NCBI GenBank assembly: GCA_965228895.1
Contig: OZ245842.1
Coordinates: 1,152,001-1,216,000, forward strand
Direction: 5' to 3'
Length of the DNA stretch: 64,000 nt
Origin: Alphaproteobacteria bacterium
GTDB lineage: Bacteria > Pseudomonadota > Alphaproteobacteria > SP197
The position numbers and the translations under genes are program-made. Positions 1 to 9,597 of the stretch are shown here, one piece after another. Numbering within the stretch: the first letter of the stretch is position 1; the number at the start of each line of letters is the position of its first letter. The notes under the pieces were generated by a model. That model worked only from the letters and a program-made list of their open reading frames with translations, did no database searches and was not told the DNA's origin.

Positions 1-122
1 GGTCGGTATCGACCCCGCCCGTTTTGTTACGTCCATTCACGATTGATTTGATGGTGCTCTCAACGCTGTGTCGCATAACATTCGCGCCGGGCCGCAGGAT
101 CAATCGGACAAAGGACAGGCTT

Positions 123-776
123 ATGATCTCGGCGATCAAACACGCGGTGTCGCGCATGGTAAGGATCTGTCTGCTGGGATCCTTTGCAGCCGTATCCTTG
201 GCCTTTGCTCCAGCACACGCCGAATCGATGTTTGTCCGCATACCCACCCAGTACATCGCGGCGTTGGGCGATTCATCGGCCACATCGGGCTTGGATGCGG
301 GAACGTGGGGGCTTTGGCCCGTGGATCCGGGTCCCCGCGGGGTCTGGACCAGGGACTATGACGACCTGATCGCCAATGCCGGCATCGCACCAAGCGGCTG
401 GCAGTTCAACAGTTCCGCATGGTGGCTGGAAGAGAATGGGCTGATTATGGAAGCGCCAACCTTTCCGCTACCGGCTGGCCAGTATGTCGTGACGGGCGGA
501 CGCGAAGTGACGTCGATCCTGACCGTGGAGCCTGCCGATGCGACGGGTACGCAAGCCTGGAGCCTGGCCGATGGCGCGACAATCTATGACGTGACCCATC
601 TGCGCTGCCGCGCCGCTCTTTACACGGCGCAAAGTGACAGCCAACCCTGCACGCCCGACAAAACACCGACGGGTGTCTTCCCCATGAGTCCAGGCGTTTC
701 CATGCCCATGGTAGAAGGCTGCAGCAAGCGCGACTATCAGGTCCTCATTGTCGTGGGGATGGTCATCGAAGGGTGA
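123..776 (+). CDS. Hypothetical secreted protein
   Basis: ORF 24..776; ATG at 123 follows AAGGA; signal-peptide-like segment ending APAHA; Trp-rich core (WGLWPVDPGPRGVW, WWLEENGLIME); no family recognised. Confidence 0.7.
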   Translation: MISAIKHAVSRMVRICLLGSFAAVSLAFAPAHAESMFVRIPTQYIAALGDSSATSGLDAGTWGLWPVDPGPRGVWTRDYDDLIANAGIAPSGWQFNSSAWWLEENGLIMEAPTFPLPAGQYVVTGGREVTSILTVEPADATGTQAWSLADGATIYDVTHLRCRAALYTAQSDSQPCTPDKTPTGVFPMSPGVSMPMVEGCSKRDYQVLIVVGMVIEG

Positions 777-885
777 GATGATCAGGCTGAGGTCGCTTGC
801 CAGGTTTTCCTTTGCAACCACACTGAACGATCCGGCACCAGACGGAGGCTCGCGCGGGCTCGGGTCTGCTAGAACTCTAGCCGAC

Positions 886-975
886 TCAGGGTGAGGGGAT
901 GGGTCGCACCAACTGGATAGCTTCCCGTTGCGCGCGACCCCTCACTCAGGCCCACCCTTCTCGAACGGGAGGGCG
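886..975. repeat. Palindromic intergenic element (REP-like, two hairpins), possibly terminating the EF-G-like gene
   Basis: GTGAGGGG (891-898) pairs with CCCCTCAC (938-945); second stem CCCTTCTCG/CGGGAGGG (955-973); lies between convergent genes. Confidence 0.45.
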
Positions 976-980
976 ACTGG

Positions 981-3008
981 TTATGCCGCTTCCAACTGAC
1001 CCTTGCGGTCTTCGACAACCTGGTCGGCGACGCGCCCCGAAAGCTCCTGCAGATGGTCGTAAGATGCGGTGTAGGACGCGACACCCTGGCTCAGCGAGCG
1101 AAGCTCGGCGACCAGGTCCTGGATTTCCGACTGCGGCATATGGGCGGTCACGGTGTCCCAGCCCTTCCAACCGTCGCGCACCTCATAGCCCAAAAGCTGA
1201 CCACGCCGACCGGTCACCAATTGCTGCACCTTCGAGGTCGCCGTGTTGGGTGCGTGGATATGCACCTCCATGATCGGCTCCAGCAGGATCGGGTTGCAGT
1301 TCGGCATGCCCTCGCTCATCGCCGAGCGGGCGGCGAGCTTGAACGCCATCTCGTTGGAATCGACGTCGTGATACTTGCCGTCAAACAATTCGACGGAGAC
1401 ATCGACCACCGGGAAACCGAGCGGGCCGCGTTCCAGATACTCTTTCACACCGGCTTCGACAGCCGGGATGTACTGGCGAGGCACCGAGCCACCGGAGATC
1501 GAGTTGATGAACTCGAACCCGGTGCCGCGTGCCATCGGCTTGATGTTGACGTGGACGTCACCGAACATGCCGCTGCCGCCGGTCTGGCGTTTGAAGCGGC
1601 CATGCTGGGTTATCGGTTTGCGGATCGCCTCGCGATAAGGCACGCGCGGTCGTTCCGCACTGACCGCGACGCCATAACGTTCGCGCAGCTTTTCAAAAGC
1701 GACATTCAGATGCATGTCGCCCTGGCCCCACATGACGAGCTGGTTGATGTCGCTGTCCTGCTCGGCGATCAGGGAGGGATCCTCGTCCTGGATCTTTTGC
1801 AGCGCGGCCGACAGCTTGACCTCGTCGTCGCGCCGTTCGGCATGGATTGCCAGACCATAAAGGCGCGGCAGTTCCTCGGCGCGCGCGATTTCGTCGGCGG
1901 ACGAGGGGGCGGACCCGCCTATCAGCAGCGTGTCGCCGGTGCGCGCTTCATCAAGGCGGCCAAAGGCGACGATGTCGCCGGCCTCGGCCTTGTCGATCTT
2001 GTCCTGGTTGGCGCCCATCATGTGATACATGCCGCCGATACGCTCACCATTGACGGTTTCGCCATCCTTGATCGTGCCGGCCCAAACACGCGCGAGAGAG
2101 AGCTTGCCGCCGTGCGGTGTGTGGAAGGTCTTGAGCACCTGCGCTGACGGTTTTGTTTTTTCGATGCCGCGATGCTCCACGGTCGTGGACGCGTCCGGTG
2201 TCCACTCCGCGAGATGTTGCAACAGACGGCGCACGCCGTTCTCCTGTTCGGCGGCACCGATCAGGACCGGAACAAGGTTGCCGTCGCCCAAGGTGTCGTG
2301 CAGGTCGTTGATGATCTCTTCGACCGAGGGGACTTCGTCCTCCAGCAGCTTCTCCAGAAGCGTGTCGTCGAAGTCGGCCAGGGTCTCCAGCATCATGGTG
2401 CGCGCTTCCTGCTCGCGCTCCTTGACGGAGTCCGGCATCTCGGTTTCTTCCGAGGCGGCTCCTTCTTTGTAGTGATAGGTCTGCTCTGTCACCAGGTCGA
2501 CATAACCCGTGACATCCTCACCTTCGCGCACGGGGACCTGGTTGATCAGCAGGGGTTTGTCGGAGACTTCCTGCATTGCCGGGATCAGATCGCGCATCAA
2601 CGTGCTGGTGCGATCCATCTTGTTGATGAAGACGATATGCGGGATGTCGTTGTCGCTGAGAAAGCGGAAGATCGGAGCGAGTGTCGTGGCCCGCTCGATG
2701 ACCGGTTCGTAGACGACGACGGCGGCGTCGCAGCCGATCAGCGCGTTGCGCGCTTCGGCCTGGAACTCGATCGATCCGGGGCAGTCGAGAAAGTTGAACG
2801 TGACGTCGTCGAACGTGGCGCGCGCGGCGCTGACTTCTGTGCTCATCTGGCGCGCGCGGGCTTCCGGCGCGCTATCGCCGACCGAATTGCCGTCCTTGAC
2901 CGTGCCCTTGCGTCCGATCGCTCCGCTGACAAAGAGCATGCTTTCCAAAAGCGTGGTCTTGCCACTCAATGAGGGGCCGACAATAGCGACATTTCTAACG
3001 TCAGACAT
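981..3008 (-). CDS. Elongation factor G-like protein (EF-G2 / EFG II type)
   Basis: GPSLSGKTT P-loop, DCPG, NKMD, PYREAIR, KRQTGGSGMFGDV, DGKYHDVDSNEMAFK, LLEPIM; start MSDVRN with GGAGG RBS. Confidence 0.9.
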   Translation of the reverse strand: MSDVRNVAIVGPSLSGKTTLLESMLFVSGAIGRKGTVKDGNSVGDSAPEARARQMSTEVSAARATFDDVTFNFLDCPGSIEFQAEARNALIGCDAAVVVYEPVIERATTLAPIFRFLSDNDIPHIVFINKMDRTSTLMRDLIPAMQEVSDKPLLINQVPVREGEDVTGYVDLVTEQTYHYKEGAASEETEMPDSVKEREQEARTMMLETLADFDDTLLEKLLEDEVPSVEEIINDLHDTLGDGNLVPVLIGAAEQENGVRRLLQHLAEWTPDASTTVEHRGIEKTKPSAQVLKTFHTPHGGKLSLARVWAGTIKDGETVNGERIGGMYHMMGANQDKIDKAEAGDIVAFGRLDEARTGDTLLIGGSAPSSADEIARAEELPRLYGLAIHAERRDDEVKLSAALQKIQDEDPSLIAEQDSDINQLVMWGQGDMHLNVAFEKLRERYGVAVSAERPRVPYREAIRKPITQHGRFKRQTGGSGMFGDVHVNIKPMARGTGFEFINSISGGSVPRQYIPAVEAGVKEYLERGPLGFPVVDVSVELFDGKYHDVDSNEMAFKLAARSAMSEGMPNCNPILLEPIMEVHIHAPNTATSKVQQLVTGRRGQLLGYEVRDGWKGWDTVTAHMPQSEIQDLVAELRSLSQGVASYTASYDHLQELSGRVADQVVEDRKGQLEAA

Positions 3009-3151
3009 GGAACCTCCCTGCATCTCGTTTGTACCTGCCCCGTCCTCTATGGCGGGACTTTCCAACTGGCGGACGATAGTCTGCGGCAAACTCTTAGCCA
3101 TGGCGAGTCCTGTACGAGCCGTTTCATGCCCTCTGCTTCTTGCCCCCGACG

Positions 3152-3871
3152 ATGATTGAAAGACCCTCGCCCAATCACGGCCCGCGGCCGGCCGGAACGG
3201 CCATTTCCATGCTCGTCCTGCACTATACCGGCATGACGTCCGCGGAGGCGGCGCTTGAGCGGCTGACGGCACCGGAGGCCGGGGTCAGCGCCCATTATCT
3301 GATTGACCGGGAAGGGGACGTTTACCGGCTGGTGCCCGAGACGGAGCGCGCCTGGCATGCCGGCGTCGCCTCTTGGCGTGGGATTTCAGACGTGAACAGC
3401 GCCTCGATCGGCGTCGAGCTGGAAAACAAAGGCCATGAGTTCGGCCCGGAGCCCTATTCAGACACCCAAATGGCGGCGCTCCTGACGCTGGCCGGCGACA
3501 TTGCGGCGCGCCACGCTATCGCAGCGCGGAACGTGGTCGGCCACAGCGATGTCGCGCCATCGCGCAAAGAGGATCCGGGCGAATGGTTCGATTGGGCCGG
3601 TCTGGCAGCGGCTGGGATCGGGCTCTGGCCCACGCCGCGGCCGTCGCGCGGGCGCGTGCTGGCAGCGGGCGATCAGGGCGAGGATGTCGAGCGGTTCCAG
3701 GCCGCCTTGGCGACCTATGGCTATGGACTGGTCGCCGATGGGCGTTTCGGCCCGGTCACCCGGGACACGGTGGCGGCGTTCCAACGCCACTTTCGGCCCC
3801 GAACCGTCGATGGCGTCGCCGATTTGGAGACATTGGACCGCCTGACCGGCCTGCTCGCGATGCTGGATTGA
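3152..3871 (+). CDS. N-acetylmuramoyl-L-alanine amidase (Amidase_2, AmiD/AmpD-like) with C-terminal peptidoglycan-binding domain
   Basis: PSPNH, LHYT, SAHYLI, RAWHAG, SIGVELEN, GHSDVAPSRKEDPG; C-terminal YGY...DGRFGP.T..VAAFQRHF. Confidence 0.92.
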   Translation: MIERPSPNHGPRPAGTAISMLVLHYTGMTSAEAALERLTAPEAGVSAHYLIDREGDVYRLVPETERAWHAGVASWRGISDVNSASIGVELENKGHEFGPEPYSDTQMAALLTLAGDIAARHAIAARNVVGHSDVAPSRKEDPGEWFDWAGLAAAGIGLWPTPRPSRGRVLAAGDQGEDVERFQAALATYGYGLVADGRFGPVTRDTVAAFQRHFRPRTVDGVADLETLDRLTGLLAMLD

Positions 3872-3896
3872 CCCGCCCGGCCCGGATGACTACGTA
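3868..3896 (+). promoter_or_regulatory. Putative sigma70 promoter of rnpB
   Basis: TTGACC-N17-TACGTA a few nt before the rnpB 5' end. Confidence 0.6.
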
Positions 3897-3903
3897 GAAA
3901 GCC

Positions 3904-4306
<403 letters not shown>

Positions 4307-4360
4307 GTTTCTGTTTGCGATAACTGGCAGCCAGAATAATCAATACACAGTTAAGTAACG

Positions 4361-4375
4361 GAACAAAAAAGGAAC
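4361..4375. promoter_or_regulatory. Putative alphaproteobacterial LexA (SOS) box
   Basis: GAAC-AAAAAAG-GAAC is an exact GAAC-N7-GAAC in AT-rich intergenic DNA. Confidence 0.5.
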
Positions 4376-4383
4376 ATACTAGA

Positions 4384-4399
4384 CATCTACATGTAGTGT
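4384..4399. promoter_or_regulatory. Palindromic operator resembling an NrdR box
   Basis: CATCTACATGTAGTGT vs consensus acaCwAtATaTwGtgt; part of near-palindrome GACATCTACATGTAGTGTC. Confidence 0.4.
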
Positions 4400-4512
4400 C
4401 TGCATAATGTCAGACTACGAGACCTTGATCGTAGGAACGAGCATCGGATGCAGCACGGCAATCAAACGAAAGAGAAAGCACCGCTAGCCCAGGGATTTAC
4501 TTGGTAATGGCA

Positions 4513-4553
4513 TTGACGCCCATGTAGTCCCATGATATCCCATGCTGTCCCAA
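4513..4553 (+). promoter_or_regulatory. dcw promoter with MraZ operator direct repeats
   Basis: -35 TTGACG at 4513; CCCAT/CCCAA at 4519, 4529, 4539 and 4549 (10-bp period; reverse complement of the TGGG-N repeats MraZ binds). Confidence 0.7.
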
Positions 4554-4623
4554 CGGTTAAGTGGTGTCGGCATGCGCAGCCAATACCTCACCGCCGGGAC
4601 ACGGCGGGCAAGGGGATGGCGAC

Positions 4624-5097
4624 GTGCCAATATTCGTCGGGACACACATCAACAAGATCGATCGCAAGGGACGGGTCTCTGTGCCCGCGCCCTTTCGTGC
4701 GGTCCTGGCGACCCAGAACCAGCCTGGCATCTACATCATGCGCTCAATCCGCCGGGTTCAGGCGCTTGAGGCGTTCGCCCCCGATGCCTTCACCGACCTC
4801 GCCAACAGTATTTCCAACCCCTTTGCCGCCAAGCATGAAGACGTCACCAGCGCCATTTTTGGCGCCGCGATTCACTTACCCTGCGATAGCGAAGGCCGGA
4901 TGGGCATCCCCGACCATCTGCGTGACTTCGCCGGTATTGTTGATCAGGCGTGTTTTATTGGTCGTGGTCCGTTCTTCCAGATCTGGGAGCCCGAAGCGGG
5001 CATGCGATTCCAGGAAGAGGCGTTCCAGCGGGTCTCCGACAACCCCGAAGACGTCGAACTCGCCTTCGCCAGCAAGCTGGGAGGCGGCGATGGCTGA
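4624..5097 (+). CDS. mraZ: Transcriptional regulator MraZ
   Basis: GTG start; FVGTHINKIDRKGRVSVPAPFR, DSEGR, FQIWEP; first gene of dcw cluster. Confidence 0.93.
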   Translation: MPIFVGTHINKIDRKGRVSVPAPFRAVLATQNQPGIYIMRSIRRVQALEAFAPDAFTDLANSISNPFAAKHEDVTSAIFGAAIHLPCDSEGRMGIPDHLRDFAGIVDQACFIGRGPFFQIWEPEAGMRFQEEAFQRVSDNPEDVELAFASKLGGGDG

Positions 5098-6058
5098 CCA
5101 GCGCACAGACAACGTCCATATCCCGGTCCTGCTGGATGAGGTTCTCGCGGTCTTGGCGCCGGGTGATGGTGAAACCCATGTCGACGGGACGTTCGGCGGT
5201 GGCGGCTATAGCCGCGCCATGCTGGACGCGGCCGACTGCATGGTCTTCGGCATCGATCGCGATCCCGACGCGATCGCGCGGGGTCAGGCCATGGCGGCGC
5301 AGTACGGCCCGCGTCTGACCCTGGTGCAGGGCACTTTTTCGTCGATGGACCGACTGTTGAGCGATTGCGCGATCGAGGCCGTCGACGGTGTCGTGCTGGA
5401 CATCGGTGTTTCGTCCAATCAGCTCGAAGACGCTGCGCGCGGGTTCTCATTCCGCGTCGACGCTGAACTCGACATGCGTATGGAGCCGGTCGGCGAGGAC
5501 GCGGCCGATGTGGTCAACCGGCTCAGCGAGCGCGACCTCGCCACGATGATCGCCAAGCTGGGCGAAGAGCGGCGTGCCCGTGCGGTTGCCCGCGCCATCG
5601 TCGCGGCGCGCCAGAATTCACCGATCACACGCACCGGCGAACTCGCCGATATCGTGCGCTCCGTCGTGCGGCCGTCGGCCGATGGCATCGACCCGGCGAC
5701 GCGGACGTTTCAAGCGCTCAGGCTTTATGTGAATGACGAACTCGGCGAGTTGGAGCGTGGTTTGGCCGCGGCCGAGCGGGTCCTCAGAGCCGGTGGCCGC
5801 CTGGTCGTCGTCGCCTTCCATTCGCTTGAGGATCGTATCGTCAAAAAGTTCCTGCAGGAACGCAGCGGTGCGGCGGCGCGGCCCAGCCGGCATCTTCCCG
5901 AACTGCCGGACGCAGAGCGCGCGCCCAGCTTCCGTCTCATCGGCCGCAAGCCCGTGACGGCGAGTGAGGCAGAAGTGCGCGACAATCCGCGCGCCCGTTC
6001 GGCGCGCCTGCGCGCTGCCGTGCGTACCGACGCGCCGGCATGGGCGGAGGCGGCCTGA
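5090..6058 (+). CDS. rsmH: 16S rRNA m4C1402 methyltransferase
   Basis: HIPVLLDEV, DGTFGGGGYS, LDIGVSS, RGFSF, DPATRTFQALR, FHSLEDRIVK, NPRARSARLR. Confidence 0.97.
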   Translation: MADQRTDNVHIPVLLDEVLAVLAPGDGETHVDGTFGGGGYSRAMLDAADCMVFGIDRDPDAIARGQAMAAQYGPRLTLVQGTFSSMDRLLSDCAIEAVDGVVLDIGVSSNQLEDAARGFSFRVDAELDMRMEPVGEDAADVVNRLSERDLATMIAKLGEERRARAVARAIVAARQNSPITRTGELADIVRSVVRPSADGIDPATRTFQALRLYVNDELGELERGLAAAERVLRAGGRLVVVAFHSLEDRIVKKFLQERSGAAARPSRHLPELPDAERAPSFRLIGRKPVTASEAEVRDNPRARSARLRAAVRTDAPAWAEAA

Positions 6059-6396
6059 TGCGGCGCAGTAGTCCAATCTGGATGGTGGCGGCTGTCGGCG
6101 CGGCCGTGGCGGCCTTCGTCATCAAGTATGAGGTGCGCAGCCTGGAAGACGAGCTGTCGCGACTGGAAAACGAACTGGTCGACCGTCGTGAGGCCATTCA
6201 CGTGTTGAGGGCCGAGTGGAGCTATCTCAACCGGCCCGATCGTCTGACCGAGCTTGCCAAGCGTCATCTTGATCTCGTGCCGATGGCGCCGGCCCAGATG
6301 AGCATTCTGGTCGATGTGCCCTATCGCACCGATGGGCTGCCTGACTATGTCCTGTCGACAGACATCTCGCTGGTGACGTTTGAGGCGGTGCCATGA
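6058..6396 (+). CDS. ftsL: Cell division protein FtsL
   Basis: Single TM plus coiled coil, LRAEWSYLNRPDRL; TGATG overlap with rsmH. Confidence 0.88.
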   Translation: MRRSSPIWMVAAVGAAVAAFVIKYEVRSLEDELSRLENELVDRREAIHVLRAEWSYLNRPDRLTELAKRHLDLVPMAPAQMSILVDVPYRTDGLPDYVLSTDISLVTFEAVP

Positions 6397-8150
6397 GCGA
6401 TCACGTGCACACCGATCGTCAGTGGTATGGCGGTGCCATGGAACCGCAGCCGACGCTGCGCCTTGAGGGTGCCATCAAACAGGCGGCCGACGTCTGCCGC
6501 TCGCGCCTGGTCGTTCTGACTGTGGTCTTTTGCGCCGCGTTCCTGCTGATCGCCGGCCGTCTGGTCGAGGTCATGTTGATCGAGGCGGGCGACAGCGACG
6601 CGCTTGCCTACAGTACGGCGCTGGCGCCGATTGGCCGCGCCGACATCGTCGATCGCAACGGCATTTTGCTGGCGACCGACCTGCCGACCGCGTCGCTCTA
6701 TGCCAACCCGCGTGACGTGATCGATGCGGAAGAAGCGGCGGTGATGCTGGAATCGGCGTTGCCGGAACTGGACTTCGATGATGTCGTTCGCAAGCTATCG
6801 ACCGACCGTGGCTTTGTCTGGTTGAAGCGTAACCTGACGCCGCGTCAGCAAGCCGACATCCACAGCCTCGGTATCCCGGGCCTGGGTTTTGTGCGCGAGG
6901 AGCGGCGGATCTATCCGCAAGGTCACCTTGCCGCTCATGTCGTCGGATTTACCGATATCGACCGCCACGGTTTGGCTGGCGCCGAACAGGCCTTCGACCA
7001 TGAACTTCAGGCGCGCGCGGAAGCCGATGAAACACCGTTGGCGTTGTCGCTGGATCTTCGTTTCCAGCAGATCGTGCGTGAGGAGCTGACCGCCACGATC
7101 GAGCGCTTCGACGCCATCGGCGGTACCGGCATCGTCCTGGACGTGCACACCGGTGAAGTCCTCGCCATGGTTTCCTTGCCCGACTTCGACGGCAATCGTG
7201 CCGGCGAGGCCGATGGCGACACGCGTTTCAACCGGGCGACCCTCGGCGTCTATGAGGTCGGTTCGGTCTTCAAGGTCTTCACCGCCGCCATGGCGCTTGA
7301 CGCTGGTCTTGTGAACATGACCAGCGGCTACGACGCGACCGATCCGATCCGCATCTCGCAATTCACGATCCGCGACTACAAGCCGAAGAACCGCTGGCTG
7401 TCACTGCCTGAGATCCTGATCTATTCGTCGAACATCGGCGCGGCGAAGATGGCGCTTGATGTCGGTGCCGAAGGTCAGCAGGCATTCTTGCAGCGCATCG
7501 GTCTCTTGTCGGCGTCGCAGCTTGAGCTGCCGGAAAATGCCATGCCGATGGCGCCGGCGCCGTGGCGCGAGATCAACACGATGACCATCGGGTTTGGCCA
7601 CGGCATCGCCGTGACGCCGATCCAGGTCGCGAGCGCGATGGCCGCCATGGTCAATGGCGGCACGCTCTATCAGCCGACCATTCTGCGCTGGGCCTCCGAT
7701 CAGTCGCCGCCGGGTGTGCAGGTGATTCAGCCCGAGACGTCGGATGCCGTGCGCATGCTGATGCATCTGGTCGTCGAGTACGGTAGCGGCCGCAAGGCGC
7801 AGGTCGACGGTTACATGATCGGCGGCAAGACCGGCACGGCCGAGAAACTGGATAGCTGGGGCGGCTACAACGAGGACAAGCTGTTGTCGTCGTTCGTTTC
7901 CGCGTTCCCGATCGATGATCCCCGCTTCATCGTTCTGGCGATGATCGATGAGCCCAACGGCATCGAAGAGACCTACGGCTATGCGACCGGCGGCTGGACT
8001 GCGGCGCCGACGGTCGGAAACATCATTGCGCGCATCGGCCCCTTGGCCGGTATCGCGCCGGACGAAGACGCCATGCCTGACTTGCCTCGGGCCGTGGCCG
8101 GACAGGATCTGGAACTGGAGGCCATCCTTGCGGCTTACGGCGCTCATTAA
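6393..8150 (+). CDS. ftsI: Peptidoglycan D,D-transpeptidase FtsI (PBP3)
   Basis: RADIVDRNG, YEVGSVFK (SxxK), YSSN (SxN), GKTGTAEK. Confidence 0.96.
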   Translation: MSDHVHTDRQWYGGAMEPQPTLRLEGAIKQAADVCRSRLVVLTVVFCAAFLLIAGRLVEVMLIEAGDSDALAYSTALAPIGRADIVDRNGILLATDLPTASLYANPRDVIDAEEAAVMLESALPELDFDDVVRKLSTDRGFVWLKRNLTPRQQADIHSLGIPGLGFVREERRIYPQGHLAAHVVGFTDIDRHGLAGAEQAFDHELQARAEADETPLALSLDLRFQQIVREELTATIERFDAIGGTGIVLDVHTGEVLAMVSLPDFDGNRAGEADGDTRFNRATLGVYEVGSVFKVFTAAMALDAGLVNMTSGYDATDPIRISQFTIRDYKPKNRWLSLPEILIYSSNIGAAKMALDVGAEGQQAFLQRIGLLSASQLELPENAMPMAPAPWREINTMTIGFGHGIAVTPIQVASAMAAMVNGGTLYQPTILRWASDQSPPGVQVIQPETSDAVRMLMHLVVEYGSGRKAQVDGYMIGGKTGTAEKLDSWGGYNEDKLLSSFVSAFPIDDPRFIVLAMIDEPNGIEETYGYATGGWTAAPTVGNIIARIGPLAGIAPDEDAMPDLPRAVAGQDLELEAILAAYGAH

Positions 8151-9597
8151 CGGACTCGACCTGACGGTCGAGCGCTGTGGCGGGGATGTCGACATCCTCG
8201 GCCTGAGCGCGGACTCGCGCGACTGCGGGCGTGACTACCTGTTCGCCGCCGTGCCGGGCGTCGAGACCGATGGTCGCGGCTTCATCGACGACGCGGTGGC
8301 GCGTGGCGCGGCGTGTGTGCTGACAACGACGGATGCCGCGGCCAAGGCGGCGAAGCATGACGTCGCGGTACTGACCAGCGATCGGCCGCGCCGTGTGTTG
8401 GCGCAACTGGCTGCCCGTTTTTTCGGCGACCAGCCGGAACGCGCTGTCGCCGTGACCGGGACGAACGGAAAAACATCGGTCGCCGTTTTCTGTGCGCAGT
8501 TGTGGCGCGCACTCGGTATCAAGGCGGCAGCCATTGGTACCTTGGGCGTTTGCGGTAACGGTTATCGCGCCAGCCTTGCGCACACGACGCCGGACCCGGT
8601 TACCTTGCACAAGGTGCTGGCCGACCTTGGCGTGCGCGACTTCAAGCGCGTCGCGCTTGAAGCGTCGAGCCACGGTCTCGATCAAAACCGTGTCGATGGC
8701 GTGCGCCTTTCCGGTGCCGGCTTCACCAACCTGACCCAGGATCACTACGACTATCATCCGAGCCTGGAGGCGTATCGCGACGCCAAGTTCGGCCTGTTCG
8801 GACTGGTCGAGACCGGTGGTGTGGCGGCACTGAACGCCGACAGCGATCAGTTCGACGCCTTGGCCGGTCTTTGCCGCGACAACGGCTTGCACGTTGTCGG
8901 CTATGGCCGTGCTGGCAAAGACCTGCGGCTTGTCGACAGCCGCTACCGCGGTCCGGTTCAGATCCTGACGATCGAGGCGGACGGTGAGCGCATCGACACG
9001 GAATTGCCGCTGCCCGGACACTTCCAGGCCATGAACGCCTTGTGTGCTGCGGCCATGGTCGCAGGTGTCGAAGGCATTGAGGTCGCACGGGTGCTGGAAC
9101 TGCTGCCGTCGCTGACCGGCGTGCGCGGACGCCTGGAGCGTGTCGCGGAACATCCCGATGGCGGCCCGATCTATGTCGACTATGCGCATACGCCGGATGC
9201 CCTGCAGACGGTGCTGGCAGAGGTGCGTCCGGCGGTGACCGGCAAGCTGTTTGTCGTCTTTGGCTGCGGCGGTGACCGCGACCGCGACAAGCGCGCACGC
9301 ATGGGCGCAATCGCCGCGCGCCTTGCCGACAAGGTGTTTGTCACCGACGACAACCCGCGCACCGAAGAAGCCGCTGACATCCGTCAGGAGATCATGGCGG
9401 GCTGCCCCGACGCGACCAATGTCGGCGGTCGGGCCGAAGCGATCCGCGCGGCGATCGGCGCGATGAGCGATGGCGATGTTTTGGTCGTCGCCGGTAAAGG
9501 TCACGAGCAGGGTCAGATCGTCGGCAAGCAGGTTCTGCCGTTTGACGATGGCGACGAAGTGCGTCGCGCGGTCGACGAGCTGGGACGCGCGGCATGA
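8128..9597 (+). CDS. murE: UDP-MurNAc-tripeptide synthetase
   Basis: TTG start after GGAGG; VTGTNGKTS, HTTPD, EASSHGLDQNR, DYAHTPDAL, DNPR (meso-DAP type), AGKGHE. Confidence 0.96.
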   Translation: MRLTALINGLDLTVERCGGDVDILGLSADSRDCGRDYLFAAVPGVETDGRGFIDDAVARGAACVLTTTDAAAKAAKHDVAVLTSDRPRRVLAQLAARFFGDQPERAVAVTGTNGKTSVAVFCAQLWRALGIKAAAIGTLGVCGNGYRASLAHTTPDPVTLHKVLADLGVRDFKRVALEASSHGLDQNRVDGVRLSGAGFTNLTQDHYDYHPSLEAYRDAKFGLFGLVETGGVAALNADSDQFDALAGLCRDNGLHVVGYGRAGKDLRLVDSRYRGPVQILTIEADGERIDTELPLPGHFQAMNALCAAAMVAGVEGIEVARVLELLPSLTGVRGRLERVAEHPDGGPIYVDYAHTPDALQTVLAEVRPAVTGKLFVVFGCGGDRDRDKRARMGAIAARLADKVFVTDDNPRTEEAADIRQEIMAGCPDATNVGGRAEAIRAAIGAMSDGDVLVVAGKGHEQGQIVGKQVLPFDDGDEVRRAVDELGRAA

